From the IMG/VR virus record IMGVR_UViG_3300032304_001168: a stretch of 64,000 bases of DNA. One strand, given 5' to 3'. The stretch is from a virus. A program made the translations under genes and the position numbers. Within the stretch, counting starts at the first letter, position 1. The number at the start of each line of letters is the position of its first letter. The notes under the pieces are model-generated. The model was not told the DNA's origin, ran no database searches, and saw only the letters and a list, made by a program, of their open reading frames with translations. Shown piece after piece: positions 11,497 through 21,896 of this stretch.

Positions 11497-13914
11497 TTAA
11501 GATGAACAACCGAAACAATCGAATGGTGAATCAATTGGTTTACTAATTACATCAACGTGTGGTAATGTCGGTGTTGTTTTTGGTTTATCTATCTTTGATA
11601 TATCTACAGCCAAATGTTTTGCACCAGTTGATATCGCCTTAGTTCTAACATAATAACATAATGTTTTCAATCCTTTTTGCCAAGCGTGGAAATGTGATGA
11701 AGTGATTTTTGACAAAGTTGGATTACCCATATAGATATTCATTGATTGTGATTGGTCAATAAAAGGACCTCTATCTGCCGCCATATCAATCAATTCTCTC
11801 TGTGATATTTCCCATATTGTTTTATACTTCTTCATCAAATGTTCAATTCTTTTAACTTTGAAGTTGTATTTCTTATCTTCTGTATCTAAGTAATTGTTGA
11901 AGTTTATATTTTGAATTGACCCTTCATTTAGAATAATTTCATTTTTCAAATCTTCTCCCCAAATACCAAGTTTCTCAAAGTCAGCAATTAGATATTTGTT
12001 AACAATCATAATTTCACCACCAACTACTCTTCTATTAAAGATTGCTGAATGTGCGGGTTCAGTCATTTCGTAAGAACCTGTTATCTTAGCAGAACTTGCA
12101 ACTGGCATCTGTGCTGTAAACAATGAATTACATATGCCATAATTTTTAACATTTTCTTTTAATCCATTCCAATCCCATCTACCAGATAAATCAGATTCAG
12201 TTAATCCCCACATATCAAATTGGAATATACCTTTTGACATTGGTGAACCTTTGAAATATTCATACCTTTGGTATTCTTCATCGTGAGCCAATTTATTACT
12301 CTCAGTAATTGCTGCAAAGTATATTGTTTCAAATATTTCTTTATTTAACTTTTTAGCCTCATCTGATGTAAACTCATAATCCATTAGATAGAATACATCA
12401 GCCAATCCTTGTGTTCCAATCGCAATTGCTCTTTGTTCTCTACCACCCTTTTCACCCTTACTTGTTGAATAATTGTTGATATCAACAACTTTGTTCAAAG
12501 CTCTTACTACTTTTCTAGTTTCGTTATAAAGTTCCTCAAAATCAAATTGTGCATCGTGTACAAAGTTCTTTAATACCATTGAAGATAGGGTACAGATTGC
12601 TGTAAAGTTAGACTCGTCACTAAATTGTACAATTTCCGCGCAAAGATTTGATTGTCTGATAGTTCCAATATTTTGATGATTACTCTTCTTGTTTACATTA
12701 TCTTTTGATAAAAGATATGGAACACCTGTTTCAATTTGTGATTCAACAATTTTATTCCAAATATCTTGAGCTTTAACTTTTTTACCTAAACCTAAACTAA
12801 CAGCTTGATTATATACTGACTCATATTCTTCACCATATACTTCTTGTAATGCTTTCAATCCAGCTTTTTTAATGTCATTAGGACAAAATAAATACCAATC
12901 ACCATTTTCTCTTACAGCTCTCATAAAGTTATCAGGTATCCACAATGCCGTAAATAAATCTCTAGCTCTTAGTTCTTCAGCACCAGTGTTCTTTTTGATT
13001 TCCAATAAATCAATAATGTCCTTATGCCAAGGTTCAAGATATATCGCAGCAGAACCAGGTCTTCTACCTTGTTGATTAAAGAATCTTAATGACTCGTTAA
13101 CAATCTTTAGATATTTTAACAATCCACCAGCAAAACCACCTGATGTACTTAATCTACTCTCCTTACTTCTGATATTTGACATACAAAGTCCAATGCCAGC
13201 AGCATCAGCCGAATAAGTGGAAATATCAGTCATAGTATTTAATAAACCTTCTCTTGAATCCGCATCATTATAATGTAATACACAAGATGCTAATTGAGGT
13301 ATCTTTGTACCAGAATTAATCATGATTGGTGTTGCTGGAGAAATAAGTTGGTTTGATAGTGACTTGTAGTATTCTATAGCCTCTTCAAATGATTTTGTAA
13401 CCCATAAAGCTACCCTCATATACATATGTTGGGGTCTTTCAATAGTCACACCTTCTGGTGTTTTAAGAAGATACATTTCATATAATGACCTCCAAGCAAA
13501 ATAATCAAAGTTATAGTCATTATCGTGATTGATTATGTTATCAATATTAGATGCCCCATAACTTTCAATGGTTTTCATTAATGTCTCATTAACAATCCCA
13601 TCAACGTGTAAAGTGTGCATTGTATTTGAGAAACTTGGGTCAGTTTCTTTGTGATATGATGATATAGCAACAGAGGAAGCCAATCTTGAATAATCGTGAT
13701 GACTTCCAGTATATGATGCCGCAATTTCATAAATCAACTTATCAAGTTGTTTGGTTGAAATTACCCCCTCAGTTGGTACTGAGGTGATAACTTTAATGAA
13801 TATTTGGTCAGAATTAACGTTTAGGTTTTTACTTGCTCGTTTAATTCTTGTTTGTATTTTTGTGGGGTTAAATGCGACCACTTCCCCATTTCTTTTTTTA
13901 ATTCTTAATGACAT
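11497..13914 (-). CDS. nrdA: Ribonucleotide reductase class Ia alpha subunit with ATP cone
   Basis: N-terminal ATP cone (IKKRNG...FNPTKI), QLASC, SNLCAEI, AICTL, YYVRT, C-terminal CFGC. Confidence 0.97.
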   Translation of the reverse strand: MSLRIKKRNGEVVAFNPTKIQTRIKRASKNLNVNSDQIFIKVITSVPTEGVISTKQLDKLIYEIAASYTGSHHDYSRLASSVAISSYHKETDPSFSNTMHTLHVDGIVNETLMKTIESYGASNIDNIINHDNDYNFDYFAWRSLYEMYLLKTPEGVTIERPQHMYMRVALWVTKSFEEAIEYYKSLSNQLISPATPIMINSGTKIPQLASCVLHYNDADSREGLLNTMTDISTYSADAAGIGLCMSNIRSKESRLSTSGGFAGGLLKYLKIVNESLRFFNQQGRRPGSAAIYLEPWHKDIIDLLEIKKNTGAEELRARDLFTALWIPDNFMRAVRENGDWYLFCPNDIKKAGLKALQEVYGEEYESVYNQAVSLGLGKKVKAQDIWNKIVESQIETGVPYLLSKDNVNKKSNHQNIGTIRQSNLCAEIVQFSDESNFTAICTLSSMVLKNFVHDAQFDFEELYNETRKVVRALNKVVDINNYSTSKGEKGGREQRAIAIGTQGLADVFYLMDYEFTSDEAKKLNKEIFETIYFAAITESNKLAHDEEYQRYEYFKGSPMSKGIFQFDMWGLTESDLSGRWDWNGLKENVKNYGICNSLFTAQMPVASSAKITGSYEMTEPAHSAIFNRRVVGGEIMIVNKYLIADFEKLGIWGEDLKNEIILNEGSIQNINFNNYLDTEDKKYNFKVKRIEHLMKKYKTIWEISQRELIDMAADRGPFIDQSQSMNIYMGNPTLSKITSSHFHAWQKGLKTLCYYVRTKAISTGAKHLAVDISKIDKPKTTPTLPHVDVISKPIDSPFDCFGCSS

Positions 13915-13924
13915 AGTTATAATT

Positions 13925-14875
13925 TTAAAAATCGTCTGTAAATGAAATCGTTTCGTTCAATTTAGCTTTTTGGTATTCCATTGTTCTTGATTCAAAGAAA
14001 TTACCCTTTGTTTCAACCGCAATTTGTTCCATAAACTTGAATGGTTGTTCAACATTAAAATGTTTACTACATCCCATCTTTATTAGTAACCCATCGACTA
14101 CAAATTCTAAATATTGCTTCATTAGATTTGAGTTCATTCCAATTAAAGAAACAGGTAATGATTCTGTAATAAATTCTTTTTCAATTTCCAAAGCAGACAA
14201 TAGAATTTCTTTAATTCTTTTTTCACTTGGTTTATTTTCAACGTGATTATTCAATAAATGAATCGCGAAATCACAATGTAAGTTTTCATCTTTAAAAATC
14301 AATGAATTAGCATTAGAAAGTCCTTGCATTACACCTCTTGATTTCAACCAAAAGATTGAACAAAATGAACCTGAGAAAAATATACCTTCAACAGCGGCAA
14401 AAGCAACCAATCTTTCTTGAAAAGAAGCCTTCTCAATCCAATCAAACGCCCATTTGGCTTTCTTTTGAACTGCGGGTAATCTATCAATAGCATTGAAACA
14501 TTCGTCTTTTTCCTTTGGATTTGATATGTAAGTATCAATCAATAAAGAATACATTAAAGAATGGATATTTTCCATCATTAATTGAAATCCGTAAAAGAAT
14601 TTTGCTTCAGGGTATTGAACTTCCTTATAAAAATTCTCAGCCAAGTTCTCATTGACAATTCCATCAGATGCCGCAAAGAATGACAATATGTTCTTGATGA
14701 AATATTGTTCGTTCTCTGACAAGTTCTGCCACTCTCTGATGTCACCAGTCAAGTCAACCTCTTCTGCTGTCCAAAATGCTGCTTGGTGTTGTTTGTAGAA
14801 TTCCCATATATCATTGTATTGAATGGGGAAAATCACAAAACGATTTGGATTGGTTGTTAATATTTTTTCTGTCAT
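13925..14875 (-). CDS. nrdB: Ribonucleotide reductase class Ia beta subunit
   Basis: [50 protein letters not shown]. Confidence 0.97.
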   Translation of the reverse strand: MTEKILTTNPNRFVIFPIQYNDIWEFYKQHQAAFWTAEEVDLTGDIREWQNLSENEQYFIKNILSFFAASDGIVNENLAENFYKEVQYPEAKFFYGFQLMMENIHSLMYSLLIDTYISNPKEKDECFNAIDRLPAVQKKAKWAFDWIEKASFQERLVAFAAVEGIFFSGSFCSIFWLKSRGVMQGLSNANSLIFKDENLHCDFAIHLLNNHVENKPSEKRIKEILLSALEIEKEFITESLPVSLIGMNSNLMKQYLEFVVDGLLIKMGCSKHFNVEQPFKFMEQIAVETKGNFFESRTMEYQKAKLNETISFTDDF

Positions 14876-14877
14876 AA

Positions 14878-16257
14878 TTAATTATTTTGTTCTCTTTGTT
14901 TTCTTTTTTCTAATAAATCTTTAATTCTTTGTCTATTGTTTTCTTCTTTTTGTTCTTCGTGGCCCAAGAATGTTACTGAAGATTCCGTATCGATTTCCAA
15001 CATACTATTATCAAATTTACAATTTTCAAAGACAATACCATCATCCCCAATTCTAGATTTTGTTACTGCCATTGTTGCCAACTTCATTTCTTTTTGCTGA
15101 AGCGATTTAGCGATTGATATGATAACGTGACCAACTTGTGCTTTCTTAATTGACCCACCCATTTGGTCTGTTGTTACAACCTCAGATGATATTGAACTTC
15201 TATTACCCTGCGTTGCAGTCCATCCAACCAAGTCTAACTCGTGACACATTGCTTCAAATCCTCTCATTACCGAACCCTCTGATTTCCATTCATCACCCAA
15301 GTTTTTCTCAGGGACAACACAATCAATATAATCCAATAAAACCATATCTACTTTGATACCATCAGCAATCTTTTTTCTAATTAGATTTTTGATTTGAGTC
15401 ATTGTCATAGTATCAGAAGGAAGCTTCTCCAAGACAAGTTGATTTGTCATTTTATTTTCAATTTCTCTTACCTTGGATATTACTTCATCCTTTTTATTAG
15501 ACATATCATCAGGATGGATTTTTGTCCACAACGTAAAATGTTTTCTTTGAATAACCTTGGGATTATCCTCAAAAAATATTTGAAGTACATTATATCCCAA
15601 ATTAAAAGCATGGTTGGCAATCTTGGTTAAGATAGTTGATTTACCTACACCAGTAGGAGCTAATATAACCCCGATTTCACCTTTTGCCAAACCACCTTTT
15701 AGAAGTCTATCAATTCCTGGTATTCCCATTGGAATTGGATGTCTATAGTCTTCATTTAATACATCATCCAAATTAGAAAATACATTCAACGTTCCACTTT
15801 CAACAATTCCGACTTGAAGAGCTTCACGTATCATTTCTTCAAGAGTATCGTAATTTTCAAACTCACCACCATCAATTACTTTTTGTGCTTTAGTAATCGC
15901 TTTTTGTAGTTCTTGTTGTTTGCAAAACTTTAATGCTTTTTCTTGAACAAACTCTCCACCAGATATTGGAGCTTCTTTAATTTTTCTAATTGTGTCAATA
16001 ACAACTTTAGCAACATTTTCTTGTTGGAACTCTGATTTTGTTATCTGTTCTAAAGTGTCAAAAGATGGTACACCATCCCATTTTTGACTATACTCTTTAA
16101 TCATTTGGATAATGATTTTAAAGTACTTGTTATCAAAGTAAGCTGGTTCTATTACATCAACAATAGACCTCGAAAATTCTTTATCTAGTACAATTTGATT
16201 AATAAGTTGTATTTGAAATGAGCTTCCTAGATAATCGAAATTTTTGTTAGATGACAT
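14878..16257 (-). CDS. dnaB: Replicative DNA helicase (DnaB / T4 gp41-like)
   Basis: Walker A APTGVGKS, Walker [20 protein letters not shown]. Confidence 0.9.
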   Translation of the reverse strand: MSSNKNFDYLGSSFQIQLINQIVLDKEFSRSIVDVIEPAYFDNKYFKIIIQMIKEYSQKWDGVPSFDTLEQITKSEFQQENVAKVVIDTIRKIKEAPISGGEFVQEKALKFCKQQELQKAITKAQKVIDGGEFENYDTLEEMIREALQVGIVESGTLNVFSNLDDVLNEDYRHPIPMGIPGIDRLLKGGLAKGEIGVILAPTGVGKSTILTKIANHAFNLGYNVLQIFFEDNPKVIQRKHFTLWTKIHPDDMSNKKDEVISKVREIENKMTNQLVLEKLPSDTMTMTQIKNLIRKKIADGIKVDMVLLDYIDCVVPEKNLGDEWKSEGSVMRGFEAMCHELDLVGWTATQGNRSSISSEVVTTDQMGGSIKKAQVGHVIISIAKSLQQKEMKLATMAVTKSRIGDDGIVFENCKFDNSMLEIDTESSVTFLGHEEQKEENNRQRIKDLLEKRKQREQNN

Positions 16258-16284
16258 ATGTTTGAATTGTTGTATGAATAAATA

Positions 16285-16740
16285 TTAGACTAGTGTGCTA
16301 TATCCCAAATAATTAAATGTTAAATCTTTTTCGGACAAAATATCCGTTAAATCATATAAAACACCCTTGATTTGTTGACGAATATCCACCGTATATCTGA
16401 TTTTTGGGGGATATATCTTAGCATCAATTCTTCTATGTGAAATTATTTTATCATTTTGTTTTATGAAAATGTTAAAATATTCAGGACCTTCTACGAAAGA
16501 AGTATTAAGAATTGTTGGGTTGTGTGTGATGTCATATTGGTTTTCCAATAGATAACTCACTGATTTCATTTTTAACGAATAATTAATATTTTCAATCAAC
16601 CCATCCATATATTCCAAGAACTCAATTGAATTTTTGGCTTTTGAATTGTAATCTCTTACATTAAAAAATCTTTGTACGATAATGTTATCGTTTACCATCA
16701 TCAAGAATTCCAGTTTGGTTACATCATTTTGTTCTCTCAT
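16285..16740 (-). CDS. Hypothetical protein
   Basis: 151-aa ORF in the replication operon. Confidence 0.6.
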   Translation of the reverse strand: MREQNDVTKLEFLMMVNDNIIVQRFFNVRDYNSKAKNSIEFLEYMDGLIENINYSLKMKSVSYLLENQYDITHNPTILNTSFVEGPEYFNIFIKQNDKIISHRRIDAKIYPPKIRYTVDIRQQIKGVLYDLTDILSEKDLTFNYLGYSTLV

Positions 16741-16746
16741 TGTTAA

Positions 16747-17754
16747 TCATTTTTTTGTTTTAAAATTGTGTTTTTCTTTTCTTGTAAGTTTCAAAAATGG
16801 TTTTAAAAAATTTACCCAAGCGTCGTCACCTTTTGGAAGAAATTTAAAGAATCCATCTTCCATCATCATCTTTATTAGATTTCTATGTCCTCTACCATTG
16901 GGGTCTAATGTTTCCTTATAATAAAGTTCAACCATCTCTTTTCCTTCATCATCAATTAATGGTTCTGATAAATCTACAATCTTTTTATTGATTTCAAAGA
17001 ATTCATCACCATATATTCCTGTCTTTGTTTTTCCTGTTAAAAGGTTTTTAATGGTGTTGTTTTCTTTATCTTCTTTCAAAAGGTTTTCAGCCTTGGTTAA
17101 AATATCGTCAATTGTTACGTCTTGTTCAAGTAGTTCGGGAAAAAACTTGAATAAAGTTTTATCACCCAAATAATATATCCCATCAATATTATCTGATTTA
17201 TCCCCACATAATACTTTATATGTTAATATATTGTTATGGGGAATTGAATGTTCTTTTAATTTAATCTTATCCCCATTTCTATATATTTGTTTTGCGGATG
17301 GTGAATAAATTGATACATTTGGGGAAATAAGTTGTGTTAAATCCTTATCAGATGAGAATATTGTAATTGATTCATCTTTAGCAATTTGACAATAATAAGC
17401 AATTAAATCATCAGCTTCATTATTATCTATGTTAACTTGTCTAATAAACATTTCTTCCAAATATTGTTTAACCCTTTCCTTTTGATATGAGAAAGATTCT
17501 TCTTTAAACACATTGGAATCAACTACCCTATTTTCTTTGTATTGGGGGTATATAATTTTCCTTTTACTTGAATTACCTTCATTATCCCAAAAAGCAATTA
17601 CTTTATCAAAATTGTATTCCTCAATAAATCTTTTAGTTGTGTTAAGGAAGTGCCATATACCCCCAATATGATTACCATTGTGGTAATAATCTTTAACCCC
17701 ATAGAAACCTATTTTTAATAAGTTATTAGAGTCAACTAATAATGTTTTTATCAT
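16747..17754 (-). CDS. 5'-3' exonuclease / flap endonuclease (T4 RNase H-like)
   Basis: LLVDSNNL, YPQYKENR, EADDLIA, SSDKDLTQL, GDKSDNIDGI. Start moved to ATG 17754 (MIKTLLVD) because the track's longer start overlaps the methylase. Confidence 0.92.
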   Translation of the reverse strand: MIKTLLVDSNNLLKIGFYGVKDYYHNGNHIGGIWHFLNTTKRFIEEYNFDKVIAFWDNEGNSSKRKIIYPQYKENRVVDSNVFKEESFSYQKERVKQYLEEMFIRQVNIDNNEADDLIAYYCQIAKDESITIFSSDKDLTQLISPNVSIYSPSAKQIYRNGDKIKLKEHSIPHNNILTYKVLCGDKSDNIDGIYYLGDKTLFKFFPELLEQDVTIDDILTKAENLLKEDKENNTIKNLLTGKTKTGIYGDEFFEINKKIVDLSEPLIDDEGKEMVELYYKETLDPNGRGHRNLIKMMMEDGFFKFLPKGDDAWVNFLKPFLKLTRKEKHNFKTKK

Positions 17755-17764
17755 TAATTTTTTT

Positions 17765-18772
17765 TTAAGGGTTAACAAAATTGTTTTCTTCTTTTTTGAA
17801 TTCAGATGTAATGTATTCACCCAAAAATTCTATAAATATTGCTTCCATTACTGGAACACATATGGAGTTACCAGCTAACGAAATGTGATTGTTTGTTGTT
17901 AGACTTGTTGATAATAATTTATCAATATCTTCTTCTCTAACACCCATAAATCTATAGGCTTCTCTACTAGTAATTGTTCTTATTCTACCATCCTCAGTCA
18001 TAATTTGTGGTGAACCAGTTGTCGTTAAACAAGGGGAACATCCTTCAATAGAATAGATACGTCTTGCTTGGTCATATTTAACATCGTTTCTACGTCCTAC
18101 AAGTCTGCACACACTATTCTTTTTAGGTTCGTTGGGTGTTATGTCACATTCAATAAATAAGTTCTCCACAATGTCATTTTCTATGAATGGTCTCATTGGT
18201 ACTCTATCTTTTCTATGTTTATCAACTCCGTTCATTATTGATTCAACTTCATCATTTGTCATTCCAAAAACTGACATCATAAAGACTCTCTCCCTATTTT
18301 GGGGACAACCATAGTCAGCACCATTTAAAACCCTCCAAGAACATCCATATCCCAATTCATTTAAAAATGATATATGAGCTTTAAAGTTATCTATATGATT
18401 GTGAGACACCAAGTTTTTAACATTTTCCATCAAAAGATACTTTGGTTGATTCTTTGTTAAAATCCTTTCCACTTCATATAATAAACCACTTCTTGTACCT
18501 ATCTTAATCCCTTCTTGTTTGCCTGATATTGAAATACTTTGACAAGGGAATGAATAAGTCATTAGGACACATTGGGGGTAATTGTCCTCGTTTACCTTCG
18601 AAATGTCCCCCAAGTTACCCAATGTTGTTGTATGTAATGAATCGTAAGCAATATTTGCGGTTTTAAGGATGTCACAATTTGCAACATTCTCAAAATCAAC
18701 ACCAATGTATTTTAGTGCCAATTCTTGTGTCCCATAACCTGAAAATAGTGATATAACTTTTAATTTATTCAT
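17765..18772 (-). CDS. DNA (cytosine-5) methyltransferase
   Basis: Motif I SLFSGYG, catalytic motif IV SFPCQ, motif VI LMENV, motif VIII QNRERVF, motif X AGNSI. Confidence 0.93.
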   Translation of the reverse strand: MNKLKVISLFSGYGTQELALKYIGVDFENVANCDILKTANIAYDSLHTTTLGNLGDISKVNEDNYPQCVLMTYSFPCQSISISGKQEGIKIGTRSGLLYEVERILTKNQPKYLLMENVKNLVSHNHIDNFKAHISFLNELGYGCSWRVLNGADYGCPQNRERVFMMSVFGMTNDEVESIMNGVDKHRKDRVPMRPFIENDIVENLFIECDITPNEPKKNSVCRLVGRRNDVKYDQARRIYSIEGCSPCLTTTGSPQIMTEDGRIRTITSREAYRFMGVREEDIDKLLSTSLTTNNHISLAGNSICVPVMEAIFIEFLGEYITSEFKKEENNFVNP

Positions 18773-19647
18773 AATAAATTTTTTTCAATTCTTTCTTCAA
18801 ATTTTTTTTGGTATCGTTGTATCCAAACAATATTCCCACAATTATAGTGAAATAAAATTTCTTTGTCAGTAAGTTTGGGTACTTCTCTCAATTTATAAAT
18901 AAAATTATTTTCTTCACAAAATATTTCTGCAGCTTTTTTCTTATCCTCGACTAATAAAGTATTCCATAGTTTTTTCGGTTTACATTCAATTATATACTTA
19001 TTTTCTAATACAAAATCAGGATAATAATTTTTTTTACGATTTTTGTGTTCAAATCTTATTCTGTATTTTTCAGATTCTCCAGTTTCCCACTTAATATTAA
19101 ATTTCTCAATAACATTTATCATATATGATAGTTCTAACAAACTTCTAAAATACCATCCTTTATACCATCCAGACCACCCATTACCAGAACCAAAAGGTGG
19201 TGTTTTGCCAAACCAATAGTTTTTTTCCCCCTTAGTTGCTTTTTTTAATGAACAAACCTCATTCATTTCTTTAGCTTTTTCTTCACCATATTTTTCTATC
19301 CATATTTTTAGGTAGGAATTACCTAACATAGGGGGGTTTTCTCTCATCTTTTTACTTAATTCGTCTCTATATTCCTTTGATTTTATTTTTTTATAGTATT
19401 GTTTTCTACATTCACTATTGTTAGAAGATTCTATCATTTTTATCATAGATTCTTCACTATGATTTTTGTTATAAAATGGATTCCTATCCCCTTTTTTCAA
19501 ACATGACGAACACAAACCAAAATTTTTACTTCTTTTGGTGGCATTTTTATAAGTGTTTAAGGTACGATAATTGATTACTCGGTTACACTCTTTACAATTT
19601 ATATAACAAGGGGTTTTGAACCCCTTTGCTTTTTCACAATTACACAT
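18769..19647 (-). CDS. Free-standing homing endonuclease-like protein (Zn finger, NUMOD3, TnsA-N-type PD-(D/E)XK domain)
   Basis: N-terminal CxxC pairs, GDRNPFYNKNHSEES and GEKNYWFGK (NUMOD3-like), FRSLLE...YYPDF...IIECKP. Confidence 0.8.
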   Translation of the reverse strand: MCNCEKAKGFKTPCYINCKECNRVINYRTLNTYKNATKRSKNFGLCSSCLKKGDRNPFYNKNHSEESMIKMIESSNNSECRKQYYKKIKSKEYRDELSKKMRENPPMLGNSYLKIWIEKYGEEKAKEMNEVCSLKKATKGEKNYWFGKTPPFGSGNGWSGWYKGWYFRSLLELSYMINVIEKFNIKWETGESEKYRIRFEHKNRKKNYYPDFVLENKYIIECKPKKLWNTLLVEDKKKAAEIFCEENNFIYKLREVPKLTDKEILFHYNCGNIVWIQRYQKKFEERIEKNLL

Positions 19648-19700
19648 ATACTATAAATATCAATAAATCAGGTAAAAGAATGTCCCATTAACATTTTTTT

Positions 19701-20699
19701 CTACTCATTATCTGTTGTGTCTATTTCTATTTTTTCTTCATCATAAATTAGTTCACCAGTACCAGAAAGGATTACATTCCAATATTGAGAGTATTCTTTT
19801 TTATATTTGTCTAAAGCTTCCTTTGTGTCTGATATATAACCTTGTGGAACTGCTAAAATTTTACCATCCTTATAACTAATACCATTGACATGATTTTTTA
19901 AAACTGAGATTTTAGTTCTTATAGCAAATGTCACAGTTCTACCATTTTTTGTTGCCGTAATATGATTAATACCTGAACTTTTTTGGTTACCAAACAAAAA
20001 TATTAAACTAGATGCCAACCATAATGCTTCACCACCTTTAGCTTTAATTGTTGGTTGTCCAAAAGGATTATCAGGTAATTCAACCCAAGGTTGGTTGATT
20101 ACAATCATTGTATTATAATATGGATAGTCCTCTTTTTTTGATTTTGTTATTCTCGAATGAATTCCCATTCCGATTTTGTCTGCGAGGGCTGCCGCATTGT
20201 GCATTTTTCCACCTTTACCCTCAAAAGTCATTTGACATGGGATTGAACCAATTGAGTCCCAACAAATACATAAATTATAGGGTAGTTCACCCTTTTCTTG
20301 AGCATCTAATAAATCATTTATATATTCAGTAGCCTGTTCAATATAATCAAAACTATCGTTGAATAGAAAATTTCCATCCCAAGTACCATCTTCCATTTGT
20401 TCGGCCTGTAACCCCAACTCAACAGCATGTGACCAAGACCATTTTTTTTCTGTGATTATAAAAGCAGGTAAGTCCCCCCTTTTTTGGGCATTTGCTGCCG
20501 CTAAAATCATTGCTGTTGTCTTAGAACCATTTGAGTGTCCCAACATCATATTAATACCCCCTAACACAGGCCCTGGTAGTCCACAGGCTTCCATAAATGC
20601 TTCACCACAATTGTAGAATGTTTCTGGTTTGTATTTTGTTTTAGTTGAAAACTTGGATTTAATTGAATCCAAACTTATTTCTTTTTTCTTAATTGCCAT
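19701..20699 (-). CDS. recA: RecA/UvsX-like recombinase
   Basis: P-loop variant GHSNGSKTT, catalytic TEK, WDSIGS, INQ, KGGEAL, KNHV. Confidence 0.85.
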   Translation of the reverse strand: MAIKKKEISLDSIKSKFSTKTKYKPETFYNCGEAFMEACGLPGPVLGGINMMLGHSNGSKTTAMILAAANAQKRGDLPAFIITEKKWSWSHAVELGLQAEQMEDGTWDGNFLFNDSFDYIEQATEYINDLLDAQEKGELPYNLCICWDSIGSIPCQMTFEGKGGKMHNAAALADKIGMGIHSRITKSKKEDYPYYNTMIVINQPWVELPDNPFGQPTIKAKGGEALWLASSLIFLFGNQKSSGINHITATKNGRTVTFAIRTKISVLKNHVNGISYKDGKILAVPQGYISDTKEALDKYKKEYSQYWNVILSGTGELIYDEEKIEIDTTDNE

Positions 20700-20916
20700 A
20701 GTTTAGATTGTATTTTACAAATTCTGTTAATGTTTCCAATTTATCTTTTGCGTTAGCCAATTGTTCTACAAACTTGTCCATTTCTTCCAAATGTTGTGGA
20801 TGTTCTCCAATAGCAACAGGATTAGAAAAATAGATTAACAAGGTCGCTTCAGCCTCTGCAATCTCACTCTCATACTTAAGAGTAAGTGCATCAATCATTT
20901 TCTTTTGAATTTTCAT
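20689..20916 (-). CDS. Small helical hypothetical protein
   Basis: 75 aa with NPVAIGEHPQHLEE; overlaps the recA start. Confidence 0.7.
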   Translation of the reverse strand: MKIQKKMIDALTLKYESEIAEAEATLLIYFSNPVAIGEHPQHLEEMDKFVEQLANAKDKLETLTEFVKYNLNYGN

Positions 20917-20927
20917 TTAATTGTTTT

Positions 20928-20959
20928 AAAAAAGAACCCCACCTTCAACAATGGGGTTC
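20928..20959 (-). terminator. Intrinsic terminator after the SSB gene
   Basis: GAACCCCA...TGGGGTTC stem followed by a T-run on the minus strand. Confidence 0.65.
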
Positions 20960-20975
20960 ATGTTAGATAATAATT

Positions 20976-21821
20976 TTAGAAAGGTAAATCACCATCAGCA
21001 TCAAAGTCAACCTGTGGGTCTTCATAAGATTTTTTACCACCAAAGGATACTTCACCAACCTCAGAGTTACCATATACATAACCACCTTTTTCACTATCCC
21101 ATTTAGGTGTTTCACCTCTCGCAATAGATTCTAGGTATTCTACAGGTTTTTTAGAATATACATCAGCCCAACCTAATTCATCGTTCACCCAACCATCAGC
21201 AATTGATTTGTCTGTGTGAATTGGTGCTGGGTCATCATACATAATTGTTTGTATAACTGTGTATGTCGCGCCTTTTGGTGTTTTAGCTTTGGTCATTTCA
21301 AGGATAATGTCTCTACCTTTTTCAGAGTCAGTCACATCACCTTTTGCACGGAAGATAGGAATTAGTTTGTCTAATATACCTTCGTTTTTATAGTTGTGTT
21401 TAAATCTCCAAAATTTTACACCATCTTGTTCGTTGTCACGATCAATTAATTTAACGATGTAAAATTTACGAGGTTTATATTGTTTGGCAAGTTCTTTGTC
21501 AGCCTCTTTACCAGTTGCCATTAGTTCTTCATGTACCTCAGAAAGCGGTGAACGTTCATTGTCGTTCTTTCCTGGGTCGTAGAACTTTTGCCATTTACCA
21601 TCAACTTGGATTTCGTGAAACCACACTTCTTTAAAAGGAGAAGTTCCATCGTTGGTTGGTAAAATTCTTAGTCTTTTTTGTCCTTGTTTTTCATTGTCTT
21701 TAAGAAGAGCTGCGAAGTATTTCTTCATTCTCTCATCTTGAGACATTTTGTTAGTGTTAGTACTTGATTTTTGTGATTGCTCGTACTGAGCCAAAATCGC
21801 ATCTAAGGGATTTGTCGCCAT
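20976..21821 (-). CDS. Single-stranded DNA-binding protein (T4 gp32-like)
   Basis: RLRILP, FKEVWFH, GRDIIL, acidic tail ending DGDLPF. Confidence 0.85.
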   Translation of the reverse strand: MATNPLDAILAQYEQSQKSSTNTNKMSQDERMKKYFAALLKDNEKQGQKRLRILPTNDGTSPFKEVWFHEIQVDGKWQKFYDPGKNDNERSPLSEVHEELMATGKEADKELAKQYKPRKFYIVKLIDRDNEQDGVKFWRFKHNYKNEGILDKLIPIFRAKGDVTDSEKGRDIILEMTKAKTPKGATYTVIQTIMYDDPAPIHTDKSIADGWVNDELGWADVYSKKPVEYLESIARGETPKWDSEKGGYVYGNSEVGEVSFGGKKSYEDPQVDFDADGDLPF

Positions 21822-21859
21822 GTTTTTTTAAATTTTTTGATTAGAAAATATTATACACA

Positions 21860-21888
21860 ATAATAAGTGTCAGCCGTGAGTTTGTCAA
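21860..21888 (-). promoter_or_regulatory. Host-type (early/middle) promoter for the SSB-recA operon
   Basis: TTGACA-N17-TATTAT; also fits TTTG-N20-TATTATTG (Bacteroidota-like). Confidence 0.7.
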
Positions 21889-21896
21889 ATAAAGTT

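Noticed and set aside
11497-14875. Inteins or introns in nrdA/nrdB (polymerase and DnaB-like helicase also checked)
   Set aside because: Lengths and motif spacing look normal and no Hint motifs were seen.
17755-17820. N-terminal extension of the exonuclease given in the ORF track
   Set aside because: It overlaps the methylase 3' end and lacks family features; the protein most likely starts at MIKTLLVD (17754).
18769-19700. Group I intron around the free-standing endonuclease
   Set aside because: recA and the methylase both look complete, and the flanks are too short for an intron core.
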